64,000 nucleotides of DNA from Pseudomonadota bacterium (lineage in GTDB: Bacteria > Bdellovibrionota_B > Oligoflexia > Silvanigrellales > Silvanigrellaceae): assembly GCA_039799905.1 (NCBI GenBank), contig JBDLRP010000019.1, positions 32,001 to 96,000 on the forward strand, given 5' to 3'. Below the pieces are notes generated by a model. That model was given only the letters and a program-made list of their open reading frames with translations, ran no database searches and had not been told where the DNA came from. Both the position numbers and the translations under genes were made by a program. Each line of letters begins with the position of its first letter. Within the stretch, counting starts at the first letter, position 1. Positions 18,484 through 28,595 of this stretch are shown here, in pieces.

Positions 18484-20169
18484 TTAATGGGCAGCGCTGC
18501 CGTTTTCTTTGTGCAGCCGGCCATCGCTCAATTGCCAGACCTCATGGCAATGGGGCAAAACTGACAATCTGTGTGTCACGAGAAGACGGGTTTTCATATT
18601 CCATTCACCAAAGAGCAACTCATCGATGAGGTGTTTTTCCGTTGCCACGTCGACGGCACTCAGACAATCGTCAAGCAGTAGCAGCTCTCGGCCCATTCCG
18701 CCGGCCCGGGCCAGGCTGAGCCGCTGTCGCTGCCCGCCGCTGAGGTTGACACCCCGTTCGCCTATTTCGGTGTTGAGTCCTTCGCTCATTTTGCTGAGAT
18801 CATATGAAAATGCACTGACCTTCAAACGGTGCAGAGTTTGTGCATCCGAGTCGGGCGGAAGGTTGTAGTCGAAGCCGACGTTGTCGCGGATGTTTGCGCT
18901 CATCACAAACCCGTCCTGCGGTACGAAGCCGTAAAGCGCACGCAGTTCCGACAGCGGCATGGTCAATGCGTTGCGGCCGAAGATCTCGTAACTTTCAAAT
19001 TCGCAGGCAACCTCGCGCAGAAGTGCGTGCAGCATCATTGTTTTGCCTGAGCCTACGGCTCCAGTGATGGCCACACAGCGGCCGGCCGGAATTTCAAAGT
19101 CGATGTTGTCGAGTATGACTTTGCCGTCTTGCTGCAAACGCAAACCGCGCACCTTAATGGCCGGGCTTTGACTTTTTGACGTGACGCTCGTCTCTTTTGC
19201 GGAGGTCGTAGCAGAATGTTCTAAAGGCTCGCGTTCGAGTGCCAGATAGTTTTCGAGGCGGCGTGCCGAGGCAAATGCGTCAAGAGTGTTCACCAATGCC
19301 CACGGAAAACTGCGCAGCGGGCGCACCATGAAAACTCCGCACAGCCAAAGAGCCGCGACAAGGCTTCCGGCTGTAACCTCCGGGCGCGCCGCTGTGTAGG
19401 CGAGGGCGACGGCGTTGAGCATATACGGAGCAACCTGCATGACTCCATTCATGGCTGAGCCGTTGCTGACCTGCCGCAGTCGGGCGTCGGTTTCGTTGCC
19501 GCGCGCTGTAAGTATTTTATCCTCAAAATTTTTGCTCCAGCCGAGCATTCGCACTGCGCGCATATTTTGCAACCACTCGTTTATCACGGCAACACGCGCA
19601 GCTGTTGCTGCTTTCGAACGGCCAAAAAGCAGTGCCTGACGACGGGCCAGAAAAAGGCAAATCAACAGATTCAAGCCAGCGGTGACGAGCAGCGGTAAGG
19701 GCGGAAGGTCATCGAGCCACATCAATGCAAACGGAAAACAGACAAGTGGAACGCCAGCATTGGCAATCAGCGGCAAAACTTCCTCAAAAAGGGAAACGAC
19801 TGCGTTGACGTCCTGAGCATACAGGCTGACGGTCTCTCCGACCGTGAATTTGAATCGTGATTCTCCACGCAATGCCAGGGTTTGTTCATAAATTTTTTCG
19901 GAAATAGCTCGGTGTACGAGAGTTCCCTCGCGGACGAACAGATATTTGCAGAGTGATTGAAGCGCCTGTGCAGTAAAGAGCCCGAATGCGGCACTCAGAA
20001 GCAGAATCCAGAGGGTTGAATCTGTCTGGCCGGCCTTCAGCGAATCGACAAAGAACTTCTGTGCAAAAACGCCCGCCAGTGCAGCAGCAGTGCTCAGAAT
20101 TCCCAAAGAAAAAAGGAACGACCGCTGGATGGGGCGCTGCAGGACTATGGAGGTCACCAAACGTGCCAT
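18484..20169 (-). CDS. ABC exporter half (TMD+NBD), ABCC/MRP NBD1-like
   Basis: GAVGSGKT, EIGERGVNLSGGQRQRLSLARA, degenerate Walker B LLLDDCLSAVD, TRLLVTH; TMD motif INEWLQNMRAVRMLGW. Confidence 0.9.
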   Translation of the reverse strand: MARLVTSIVLQRPIQRSFLFSLGILSTAAALAGVFAQKFFVDSLKAGQTDSTLWILLLSAAFGLFTAQALQSLCKYLFVREGTLVHRAISEKIYEQTLALRGESRFKFTVGETVSLYAQDVNAVVSLFEEVLPLIANAGVPLVCFPFALMWLDDLPPLPLLVTAGLNLLICLFLARRQALLFGRSKAATAARVAVINEWLQNMRAVRMLGWSKNFEDKILTARGNETDARLRQVSNGSAMNGVMQVAPYMLNAVALAYTAARPEVTAGSLVAALWLCGVFMVRPLRSFPWALVNTLDAFASARRLENYLALEREPLEHSATTSAKETSVTSKSQSPAIKVRGLRLQQDGKVILDNIDFEIPAGRCVAITGAVGSGKTMMLHALLREVACEFESYEIFGRNALTMPLSELRALYGFVPQDGFVMSANIRDNVGFDYNLPPDSDAQTLHRLKVSAFSYDLSKMSEGLNTEIGERGVNLSGGQRQRLSLARAGGMGRELLLLDDCLSAVDVATEKHLIDELLFGEWNMKTRLLVTHRLSVLPHCHEVWQLSDGRLHKENGSAAH

Positions 20170-20281
20170 GCGGAGCTCCGGTCAGTTCGAATGCTGTGAG
20201 GGCGTCGGTAATCCGTTTACCCTCTTATATTGCAAGAGAAAAGCGGGTCACGGTGGTTGCGTGGAAGTTTTTTGCCGCGAA

Positions 20282-20310
20282 TTGACCCGCAGAGCCTCAG
20301 ATGGTAGCAA
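20282..20310 (+). promoter_or_regulatory. Possible sigma70 promoter of the sugar operon
   Basis: TTGACC-N17-TAGCAA with an extended TG, about 70 bp upstream of ATG 20381. Confidence 0.3.
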
Positions 20311-20380
20311 ACCCGCTTGAATTACGCGCCAAAACTAATTGAAATTTCACTGCCGCGGGGCGGAACAGAGTGCATCGGTC

Positions 20381-23116
20381 ATGAAACAAAGTCGCTCGGG
20401 AATTGTTGTACCACACACGCATTGGGACAGAGCATGGTACCTGCCGTTTCAGGCGTACCGGCTGCGGCTTGTTGAAATGATGACCGACCTACTCGGATGG
20501 CTGGAAAGCGGTGCGCTGCCTTTGTTTGTTCTCGATGGTCAGACAGTTCTTCTCGAAGATTACTTCGCGGTCAGGCCGCAAGACAAACCACGCGTTCAGG
20601 CGTTGGTTGAGGCCGGAAAAATAAAGGTCGGGCCGTGGTACACGATGCCGGATTGCTTCCTTGCGCGGCCCGAGTCACTCATCCGCAACCTGCAACGCGG
20701 TCTGCAGATGGGCGATGAGTTGGGCGGTGCGTCGCGTGTCGGATACGTTCCCGATTCCTTTGGTCACTTTGCCCAACTTCCGCAAATTTTGTTGGGCCTT
20801 GGCATCGATTCATTTTTATTCATGCGCGGCATGCCCGAGCAACTGCGCGACGATCATGGGGCGGTTTTTCTTTGGCAGTCTCCCGATGGCTCGCAGGTTT
20901 TGTCGACGTTTTTGCGCGAAGGATATTTTCCGCTCGGCGCCCTTGGACAAGAGAGTTTTCATGGCCGCTATGACGGATTGTCAGCGCGCGCTGCACTGGC
21001 TCAGGAGCGTTTGAGCGGCACGCTTGCAAGACTGCTTCCGGTTCACAAGGAGAACGTGCTCGTTCTTCCCGCCGGAGGCGATCACCTTCCCGCGCGCGAT
21101 GATCTTGTAGCTGTCGCCAGTCAGCTCAATCAAGCGCAATCCGAAATCAATTTGCGCTTTGGTTCTTTTGAGGATTATCTGCACGACTTGCGCGCCTCGC
21201 TCGGTTCTCAAAAAATGCCCGTCCATTGCGGCGATCTGCTCGGACAGGCCGATCATCCGCTGTTGCGCAATGTGCTTTCCTCGCGAGTCGATCTCAAAAT
21301 TCTCAACCACCGTGCTCAGGACCTCCTGACGGGTGTGGTTGAACCATTGCTGGCCTGGTCATCGCTCAACGGCTTGCCCTGCGCCGATGCCGCCCTGCTG
21401 CAAATCGCCTGGGACGCTCTGCTCAAAAATCATGCCCACGACGACATCTGCGGTTGCAGTGTGGATGATGTGCATCTGGACGACGTGCAGCGCTTTCATG
21501 AAGTGCTCGCGCTTTCGCAGGAAATCATCACGCGGCAGGTCGAACACATCATCCAGCGGCGATTGTCTGCACCGAATGATGCACGCACCGCGCGTGTTTT
21601 TGTTTTCAATCCGCATCCGTGGCCTGTCGCTGTTTCTGCTCAAGTGCGAATTCTTCTTGCCGACGATGGCGGGGAATTCTCCGAGAAGTCTGCATCGCGT
21701 GCACTGCAGGCTGTTGACTCCGAAGGACATCCGCTTGCGCTTCGCGTGTTGTCGACGGAGTGCAAGGCCATCCGCAACCGGTATCTCGAAACGACATGGG
21801 GCAGAGCGTATGAGCTGTGCGCTGATGTCTCGCTTCCCGCGCTTGGTTTCGAGATCATCACAATCGAGGAAACTTCGGCAAACCTTCGACTTGCCGAGAA
21901 CATGTCCGGCGCAGCCGTTCCGCAGGAATTGACCAGTGGTTTCCGCTTTGAGCTGGATGCAGATTTGGGCGACGGATATTCGCATGGCCCATGTCCGGAG
22001 TTGCCGATGCAGCGGGCCCGTCTGCTGAGCGCAGAATCAGACAGCCGCCTTGACGGCGTTTATCATCTGACGTTTGAGATAACCGGTCCGGCTTACATCC
22101 GGCGCGACGACCTTTCCTCACGGCCGTTAAATGATTGTCTTGGGCCTTCGGTCGGAACGACAATCTGCGTGCGCGCCTGCCGCCGTCCGGTCGTGGACAC
22201 TGCTGCTGCGTTAAAGAACCAGGGCGTTGCAGTAACTGACAACGGCTGCACGTGGGATTTGCAGATTTCTTACACCAACGTCTTCAAAGACAGTCGTCTG
22301 AGAATCGTTTTTGATCCACGAGCAATCGCAGCTACAAAAGAACTCGGCGCGTATACGGATGTGTTGTCGCACGGTCAGGGGCAATGGATTGAATTGCCTG
22401 CCACGCCCGCGGCGCAGGAACTCTGGGAAGGCCCATTGGCCAAGCCCGCGTATCCGGGTGAAAAGGAGTATCCGGTTCATCATACAAACGACGGAGTTGT
22501 TTTGGTCGCCGCACAGGGCAATGTTTTTGCCGGTGGAGTTGGTCTACACGAGTTTGAACTTGTTGGCTCCCAAACAAATTCGCAGCCTTGCGTTGCATAT
22601 ACGCTGCACCGCGCCGTCGGAGATCTTTCGGTTCGCGGTGGCCGCATACGCTCGTGTCAGGCTGGTCCGCAACGTCCCACGCCGGATGCTCAGCTCCAGC
22701 GCCAACTCGATCATCACGTGACTTTTGGTTTTGCTGCAACAACAGCCGCGGCCATGCGCCGCTTGCGCGAGGGCGTACATCCCTGTTGGGTTCAGGAATG
22801 TCCGGTTGTGCCCGTCATTGACTCAAGTGAAACAAACTCAATTCGTGCCTCGGTACTCAATATCGGCAACACGGCATTGGAGATGATGTCATTGCGGCCT
22901 GCTGGCAGAGGAGTTGTTCTGAGACTTTGCAATCCGACCGGCTCTCAGGTGCAATCCGATCTTCTGTTACCGGTTTTTGCCGGTGCGAAATTCAAGGCAC
23001 AGCGCATACAGCTCGATGAACGCACTCCCGTTTCAGCAGCTGCGGTCGCCCAGGAAACACTTTCAGTCAACTTCAAACCTTTTGAAATTCAAACATGGAA
23101 GATTGAACCATGCTGA
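20381..23116 (+). CDS. GH38 alpha-mannosidase (MngB-like)
   Basis: HTHWDRAWY, LDGQ, GPWY, PDSFGH nucleophile, GGDH, NHAHDDICGCSVD; no signal peptide. Confidence 0.9.
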   Translation: MKQSRSGIVVPHTHWDRAWYLPFQAYRLRLVEMMTDLLGWLESGALPLFVLDGQTVLLEDYFAVRPQDKPRVQALVEAGKIKVGPWYTMPDCFLARPESLIRNLQRGLQMGDELGGASRVGYVPDSFGHFAQLPQILLGLGIDSFLFMRGMPEQLRDDHGAVFLWQSPDGSQVLSTFLREGYFPLGALGQESFHGRYDGLSARAALAQERLSGTLARLLPVHKENVLVLPAGGDHLPARDDLVAVASQLNQAQSEINLRFGSFEDYLHDLRASLGSQKMPVHCGDLLGQADHPLLRNVLSSRVDLKILNHRAQDLLTGVVEPLLAWSSLNGLPCADAALLQIAWDALLKNHAHDDICGCSVDDVHLDDVQRFHEVLALSQEIITRQVEHIIQRRLSAPNDARTARVFVFNPHPWPVAVSAQVRILLADDGGEFSEKSASRALQAVDSEGHPLALRVLSTECKAIRNRYLETTWGRAYELCADVSLPALGFEIITIEETSANLRLAENMSGAAVPQELTSGFRFELDADLGDGYSHGPCPELPMQRARLLSAESDSRLDGVYHLTFEITGPAYIRRDDLSSRPLNDCLGPSVGTTICVRACRRPVVDTAAALKNQGVAVTDNGCTWDLQISYTNVFKDSRLRIVFDPRAIAATKELGAYTDVLSHGQGQWIELPATPAAQELWEGPLAKPAYPGEKEYPVHHTNDGVVLVAAQGNVFAGGVGLHEFELVGSQTNSQPCVAYTLHRAVGDLSVRGGRIRSCQAGPQRPTPDAQLQRQLDHHVTFGFAATTAAAMRRLREGVHPCWVQECPVVPVIDSSETNSIRASVLNIGNTALEMMSLRPAGRGVVLRLCNPTGSQVQSDLLLPVFAGAKFKAQRIQLDERTPVSAAAVAQETLSVNFKPFEIQTWKIEPC

Positions 23117-24024
23117 AAATCACCGGAACTTTTCTCGACGAAATCACACATGACATTCCTCCGCAGAATTGGGGCAAGCGCGAATGGGCTGCTGACTTCG
23201 ATGCTATGAAGGCCATCGGGATCGACACCGTCATCCTCATCCGTGCCGGCTACCGCGAGCGTTTGACCTTCGACTCCAAAGTCATTGGCAAGCATCGCAA
23301 ATGTCTTCCCGCGTATCAGGATTTGGTGGACCTCTTTCTGACGCAGGCCGAGCGCTGCGGAATGAAATTCTTTTTTGGCACCTATGATTCCGGTGACCAT
23401 TGGATCAACGGCGATTACAAAAAAGAAAGCGATCTCAACCGCGATTTCTGCAGCGAAGTGATGGATCGCTATGGCCATCGCAAGGCGTTCGCCGGTTGGT
23501 ACATCAGTCATGAAATAAATACATTCAACGCCGGCATGATGCGGGTGTACGACGAATTGTCGGCGCATCTGCGCTCACTCAAGAATATCCCCATATTGAT
23601 GTCTCCCTATGTGAAGGGAGTCAAACAATTCGGTTCTGAGGCCATCTCGCTCGACCAGCACGTCAAGGAGTGGGGCTCTGTTTTCCGCGACCTCGAGGGC
23701 AAGGTCGACATCGTTGCCTTTCAGGACGGGCAAATGTCATTTCTCGAATTGCCGGACTACCTCAGGGTCAACCGAGATCTGGCGCGCAAGCACGGGCTGC
23801 AGTGCTGGAGCAATCTGGAAAGCTTTGATCGCGACATGCCAATCAAATTCCCGCCGACCGACATCCGCAAACTCATGTACAAGGCTGAGCAGGCTTCGGC
23901 CGCCGGAGTCGACAAGCTCATTACCTTTGAGTTTTCTCATTTCATGAGTCCCAATTCGATTTATCCGGCCGCTCATCAACTTTACAAACGCTATCAGGAA
24001 TGGTTGCGCGGCGAGGAGCTTTAA
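23110..24024 (+). CDS. DUF4434 domain glycoside-hydrolase-like protein
   Basis: ITGTFLDEITHDIP.QNWG...GIDTVILIR, GWYISHE, VAFQDG, WSNLESFDRD, ITFEFSHFMSP. Confidence 0.8.
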   Translation: MLKITGTFLDEITHDIPPQNWGKREWAADFDAMKAIGIDTVILIRAGYRERLTFDSKVIGKHRKCLPAYQDLVDLFLTQAERCGMKFFFGTYDSGDHWINGDYKKESDLNRDFCSEVMDRYGHRKAFAGWYISHEINTFNAGMMRVYDELSAHLRSLKNIPILMSPYVKGVKQFGSEAISLDQHVKEWGSVFRDLEGKVDIVAFQDGQMSFLELPDYLRVNRDLARKHGLQCWSNLESFDRDMPIKFPPTDIRKLMYKAEQASAAGVDKLITFEFSHFMSPNSIYPAAHQLYKRYQEWLRGEEL

Positions 24025-24025
24025 A

Positions 24026-25234
24026 ATGAACATGCAGACTGAAAAAAACTTCGCGGTTCCTACCGAGACTTTCGCCCGTTTGCGGCAGGAAATTGAGAGT
24101 GAACTTTTCGAGCGGGTGATTCCCTTTTGGGAGAAGCACTCGTGGGATTCAAAGAACGGCGGGTTCTGGAATTGTCTCGACCGCACCGGCAACGTCTTTG
24201 ACGTCAGCAAATATGGCTGGCTTCAAGGGCGTGAAACGTGGCTTTTCAGCAAGCTCTACCGCACGGTTGAAAAAAAGCCGGAGTGGCTCGCAATGGCACG
24301 CAGCGGCGCCGAATTTCTCCGCTACAAGGCCCTGACCCCCGACAACCGCATTCCCTTCCGCATGACGGCCGACGGCACACCAATATACATCCAGCGCAAA
24401 ATCTTCAGCGAATGTTTTTACATTATGGCGATGGCCGAATACGCGCGCGCCAGCGGCGACGAAAGCTACTTGAAGGAAGCGCAGCGGATGTTTGCGCTTG
24501 TATGGGATTGGGCGTTCGACTGGAGCAAGGTCGGCAGACCTTCCTATGCTGGCGAAACTCCGCTGCAGTCGCTGGCCGTGCCAATGATTTTGATGAACCT
24601 CATCGAAGAGCTCACCGACGGTCACGCCGCACCCTATGAAGCCGAGCTTGCACAATGTCAAAAGGCATTTTTGATGCACGTGAAGGTCGACGAAAAACGC
24701 GTCTATGAATTCGTCCGTCCGGATGGTTCTCTGTGCCGTGAAATTCCCGAGGGCCGTCAGTTGAATCCGGGGCACGCCATCGAAGCAGGATGGTTCCTGC
24801 AGCACTGGGCGCAGCGTCAGCGCAATGCGCAGTTGTCTGCTCTGGCAGTGGATGTAGTGCGTTGGTCGCACGCGGAAGGGTGGGACAAAGAACATGGTGG
24901 ACTGTTTTATTTTCTCGATGCTCAAGGTCATTCGCCGGTCCAGCTTGAGTGGAACATGAAACTGTGGTGGCCGCATTGTGAAGCTCTGTATGCGCATTTG
25001 CTCAACTACAGTGTGACCCGCAGCGAGGGTGACTGGTCTCTTTTCGAATCCACCAAGGAATACACTTTTAAACACTTCCCCGATCGTGAATTCGGTGAGT
25101 GGTATGGGTATCTCGATCGGCAAGGGCGCGTCAGCCAATCGTTCAAAGGCGGCGCCTATAAATGTGCGTTTCATGTTCCGCGTGCGCTGCTGCTGTGCCG
25201 GAATCTGCTCAAAACTCTGGAGGCAGGACAATGA
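24026..25234 (+). CDS. N-acylglucosamine 2-epimerase (AGE family)
   Basis: PFWEKHSWD...CLDR.G, WLQGRETW, NPGHAIEAGWF, KLWWPHCE, GEWYGYLDR, KGG.YK..FHVPR. Confidence 0.92.
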   Translation: MNMQTEKNFAVPTETFARLRQEIESELFERVIPFWEKHSWDSKNGGFWNCLDRTGNVFDVSKYGWLQGRETWLFSKLYRTVEKKPEWLAMARSGAEFLRYKALTPDNRIPFRMTADGTPIYIQRKIFSECFYIMAMAEYARASGDESYLKEAQRMFALVWDWAFDWSKVGRPSYAGETPLQSLAVPMILMNLIEELTDGHAAPYEAELAQCQKAFLMHVKVDEKRVYEFVRPDGSLCREIPEGRQLNPGHAIEAGWFLQHWAQRQRNAQLSALAVDVVRWSHAEGWDKEHGGLFYFLDAQGHSPVQLEWNMKLWWPHCEALYAHLLNYSVTRSEGDWSLFESTKEYTFKHFPDREFGEWYGYLDRQGRVSQSFKGGAYKCAFHVPRALLLCRNLLKTLEAGQ

Positions 25235-27087
25235 ACTGGTTCAACGGCACAAATCTTCTCGGCACCCTCGATTACGCCGTGATCGCTGTGTACCTCATCG
25301 GCATCATGATTTTTGGTTTGTGGCTCGAGCGAAAGGCGCGCGACAACATCGACGCCTACTTCCTCGGCAATCGCAATCTGCCGTGGTGGGCACTGGGTGC
25401 ATCGGGCATGTCGTCCAACACTGACATCGCCGGCACTATGGTCATCACCGCGTTGATTTACTCCATGGGCGTCAAGGGTTTTTTCATTGAAATTCGTGGC
25501 GGCATTGTTTTGATCATGGCTTTCTTCATGATCTTTATGGGCAAGTGGACACGCCGCGCGCAGGTGATGACTCTTGCCGAGTGGATGCGCCTGCGTTTTG
25601 GTGACGGCCGCGAGGGGCGCACCGCACGGCTCATCAGCGCTCTTGCAAACTTGGTTGTTTCAGTATGGATCATCAGTTATTTCGCCGTCGGCGGCGGAAA
25701 GTTTTTCGGAATGCTGATGGGCATCGATGACCGTGTGGCATCAATAGCGCTCATCCTCCTGACGATGATTTATACGGCAGCCAGTGGTTTTTATGGCGTG
25801 GTGTGGACCGACGTCGTACAGGGCGGGCTCATTCTCGTGGCGGTGCTTTATGTGATTTATGTGGCCATGACTCAGGTGGCGCTGCCCGAAGAGTTCATGG
25901 TCTCGGTGCCCAATGGTCGAGGCGGATTCGAGGCCGTGCGCACAACGCTCAACGAATGGGCCAACGTCATTCCCCCCATGAATATCGATCTCCCGGGAGA
26001 GTATTCACGCTACAATATCTTTGGCATCACTGTTTTCTTTTATCTTCTCAAAACCTGTATCGAAGGTTTTGCCGGAGCCGGCGGTTACACAAGTCAGCGT
26101 TACTTCGCTGCCAAATCCGACCGCGAAGCTGGCTTGTTGTCGCTGTTTTGGATCACACTTCTGTCATTCCGTTGGCCGCTGGTCATGGGGCTTGCCATCC
26201 TCGGAATCCACTATGGAATCACAACAGGAAAGGTGATTGATCCTGAGCTTGTTCTTCCGACGGTCATTGCCGAGTACATGCCGGCGGGTATGAAGGGGCT
26301 GGTGATTGCCTGCTTTATGGCAGCAGCCATGTCGACGTTCACTGCGATCATCAACGCAGGTGCGGCATATTGGGTGAAGGACATCTACGAGACGTTCATC
26401 AACCCCAAAGCCAGCAACAAAACACTCATCTGGCATTCGCGGCTGGCCACCGTCGCAATTGTTCTTTTGGGATTGGCCTTCAGCCTCGACAGTATCAATA
26501 TCAACGACATCTGGGGTTGGATCACCATGGCGTTCGGCACCGGTTTGTTCATACCGCTGCTGCTGCGCTGGTACTGGTGGCGTTATAATGGCTATGGTTT
26601 TGCTGCCGGTACTCTGTTCGGCATGGCCTCTGCGATTCTCATCCGCGTTCTGAAGATCGACTTGCCCGAGTACATGAGTTTTCTGGCACCTAGCGCAATC
26701 TCGCTCGTGGGATGCATTTTGGGAACCTTTCTGACGCCTGCCACGCCGCGTGAAACCCTCATCAATTTCGTGAAAGTTACACGACCTTTTGGCTTTTGGG
26801 GCGACATTGCCAAGCAGCTCCCGCAAAGCGAGCAGGATGCAATCCGCACCGAAACGCGCCGCGACTTGGCCGCGATTCTATTTGCGGTTCCATGGCAGCT
26901 GGTTCTCTTCCTGTTGGGAATGGTGTTTGTGCTGCGCCAGTGGGATGTGTTTGCGGGTCTGCTTCTGGCATTCGTTGCACTTTCTGCAGGTGTTTACTGG
27001 TTCTGGTTCCGTCATCTCAGCGCAGGCGAGATGGCCGCAGAATCCGAACAGAAGGTCGCAACGGCGGGTGTGGTGCAGGAGCCCTGA
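25231..27087 (+). CDS. Sodium:solute symporter family protein
   Basis: YFLGNRNLPWW, GVVWTDVVQ, QRYFAAKS, AAAMST; more than 12 hydrophobic segments; ATGA overlap with the epimerase. Confidence 0.92.
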   Translation: MNWFNGTNLLGTLDYAVIAVYLIGIMIFGLWLERKARDNIDAYFLGNRNLPWWALGASGMSSNTDIAGTMVITALIYSMGVKGFFIEIRGGIVLIMAFFMIFMGKWTRRAQVMTLAEWMRLRFGDGREGRTARLISALANLVVSVWIISYFAVGGGKFFGMLMGIDDRVASIALILLTMIYTAASGFYGVVWTDVVQGGLILVAVLYVIYVAMTQVALPEEFMVSVPNGRGGFEAVRTTLNEWANVIPPMNIDLPGEYSRYNIFGITVFFYLLKTCIEGFAGAGGYTSQRYFAAKSDREAGLLSLFWITLLSFRWPLVMGLAILGIHYGITTGKVIDPELVLPTVIAEYMPAGMKGLVIACFMAAAMSTFTAIINAGAAYWVKDIYETFINPKASNKTLIWHSRLATVAIVLLGLAFSLDSININDIWGWITMAFGTGLFIPLLLRWYWWRYNGYGFAAGTLFGMASAILIRVLKIDLPEYMSFLAPSAISLVGCILGTFLTPATPRETLINFVKVTRPFGFWGDIAKQLPQSEQDAIRTETRRDLAAILFAVPWQLVLFLLGMVFVLRQWDVFAGLLLAFVALSAGVYWFWFRHLSAGEMAAESEQKVATAGVVQEP

Positions 27088-27159
27088 CGGGCTTGCTGCA
27101 GCAGGTTGGTCTGCGTTAAATTAAGATTGTTTAATCGATTGTGTCTCAATGAGGTTCCG

Positions 27160-27375
27160 ATGCCGCAGTCTCTTCATGATTCGCTGACCAACCTCCGCCG
27201 CGCAAACGCGTCTTTGCATGCGTCACTCGATTTCACCCCGCGTGACCGCAACCTCACAGTGCACACCTATGACGAAGCTTTCGCATTGCAAATGGCTGAG
27301 CGTATCGAGAAACAGTATACAGCTCTTTTTGACGTGTTTCTTTCCCGTCTTGAGCAGGAAGTCGCTACCACATGA
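27160..27375 (+). pseudogene. HI0074-type HEPN protein with an apparent internal in-frame deletion
   Basis: 71 aa: N-terminal helix SLTNLRRANASLHASL joined directly to DRNLTVHTYDE (Rx4H HEPN motif); the central helices are missing; overlaps the downstream MNT gene. Confidence 0.65.
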
Positions 27376-27668
27376 TGTGTGGTTCTGGGGAAGAAGGCGA
27401 GGTGTTGGCCTGGTTCGTTGAACAGGCGCGTGCGCTTGTGGGTGTCAGGCGGGTTGTGCTGTTTGGCTCGCGTGCGCGTGGCGATGCAGGAGAGCGCTCC
27501 GATTTTGATATCGCAATAGAGACCGAGCATCCGGAGCGCATACAGTTGCTGCGGGCGGCGGTGGATGAAAATCCGTTGACTCTGGTTGCATTCGATATTG
27601 TTGATTTGACTGCCGTGTCTCAAGAGTTTCGAAACCGGATTCTGAGCGAGGGGCGCGATCTTTTGTAA
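27372..27668 (+). CDS. Minimal nucleotidyltransferase (MNT antitoxin-like)
   Basis: VLFGSRARGD...SDFDIAI, FDIVDL, ILSEG. Confidence 0.88.
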   Translation: MMCGSGEEGEVLAWFVEQARALVGVRRVVLFGSRARGDAGERSDFDIAIETEHPERIQLLRAAVDENPLTLVAFDIVDLTAVSQEFRNRILSEGRDLL

Positions 27669-27782
27669 TGCGTCATGCGTGTTTATTTTCTGTGGGCACG
27701 TATTTGGACGACAAAATCTTTGAAATCCGACAAATGGTTTTGGTGAGCGGCCCGCAATTAAAAGTGCCAAAGTCAAACATCA

Positions 27783-28508
27783 TCAACTTTTTGTGTAGTT
27801 CTTGCCACCAATCGACATCTTGCAGTCCGACAGCGAGTAATTCTCGGTATAGGGGCCTTTCGGCGGATTCACGGGGTTGTCATAATCGGATCCGCCGGAA
27901 CCGGTGACCGCAGCGCGCGTGATAAAGTAGGTGATCGATGAGCCGTTGTTTGTGTAGTTAAGATAACTGATCTGCTGCGCACCCGCTGTGTCGGATGATT
28001 TGGTTCTGATGATTGCCGTTGTTTCGGTAAATTCCCAGGAGTGAAATCCGTCGGCGGACAGCCATTTTCCCACCAGCGAACTGCATCCCGAGGAGCCTCC
28101 TCCGGAGGTTGATTTCGTTCCTGTCACGGTGCCCTTTGTTTGCTGTCCGGTTGAATCTGCAAGCCAAAAAGTGCCCGACATTCCATTTGGGTCTTCAACT
28201 GCGTAAATCCAGCCGTCGGAATATTTTTTCCCGTTCTGGAATTGAAGGTTCACCTGCCATGCGGCGCTGCTGCCGCCGGCACTGCCCGTCAGTGTGAACG
28301 TATCATCCAAGACCTGCGCAGTGCCCTGTGCGTTGCCGAACTTGTCGTTGATTGTGATGGAGAATTGTCCGGTGGCAGCAGCCGCCGGCGCGAGCGTTCC
28401 GCTGATCGAGTAGGGAGTGAAGTCTGAATTTTCCTCATCACCGTCGCACGAAAAAAGCAGAGCGCTCAGCGAAATCGAAATGAGGGTGTTTTTGAGTCCG
28501 GATTTCAT
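27783..28508 (-). CDS. Hypothetical beta-rich lipoprotein
   Basis: LLFSC lipobox; T/S/G-rich; C-terminal lipocalin-like SLVGKW module. Confidence 0.65.
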   Translation of the reverse strand: MKSGLKNTLISISLSALLFSCDGDEENSDFTPYSISGTLAPAAAATGQFSITINDKFGNAQGTAQVLDDTFTLTGSAGGSSAAWQVNLQFQNGKKYSDGWIYAVEDPNGMSGTFWLADSTGQQTKGTVTGTKSTSGGGSSGCSSLVGKWLSADGFHSWEFTETTAIIRTKSSDTAGAQQISYLNYTNNGSSITYFITRAAVTGSGGSDYDNPVNPPKGPYTENYSLSDCKMSIGGKNYTKS

Positions 28509-28595
28509 GTTTCCCTGCACTTTATGGTGATGAGCAGTCGGTTGTTCGCTGCGGTGTTCAAAGCTTAAACAGCATTACAGGTCATTCTAAGTTGA

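Noticed and set aside
24149..25231. 360-aa minus-strand ORF (similarly 2947..3837 + and 11167..12135 -)
   Set aside because: Antisense to well-supported genes; no motifs.
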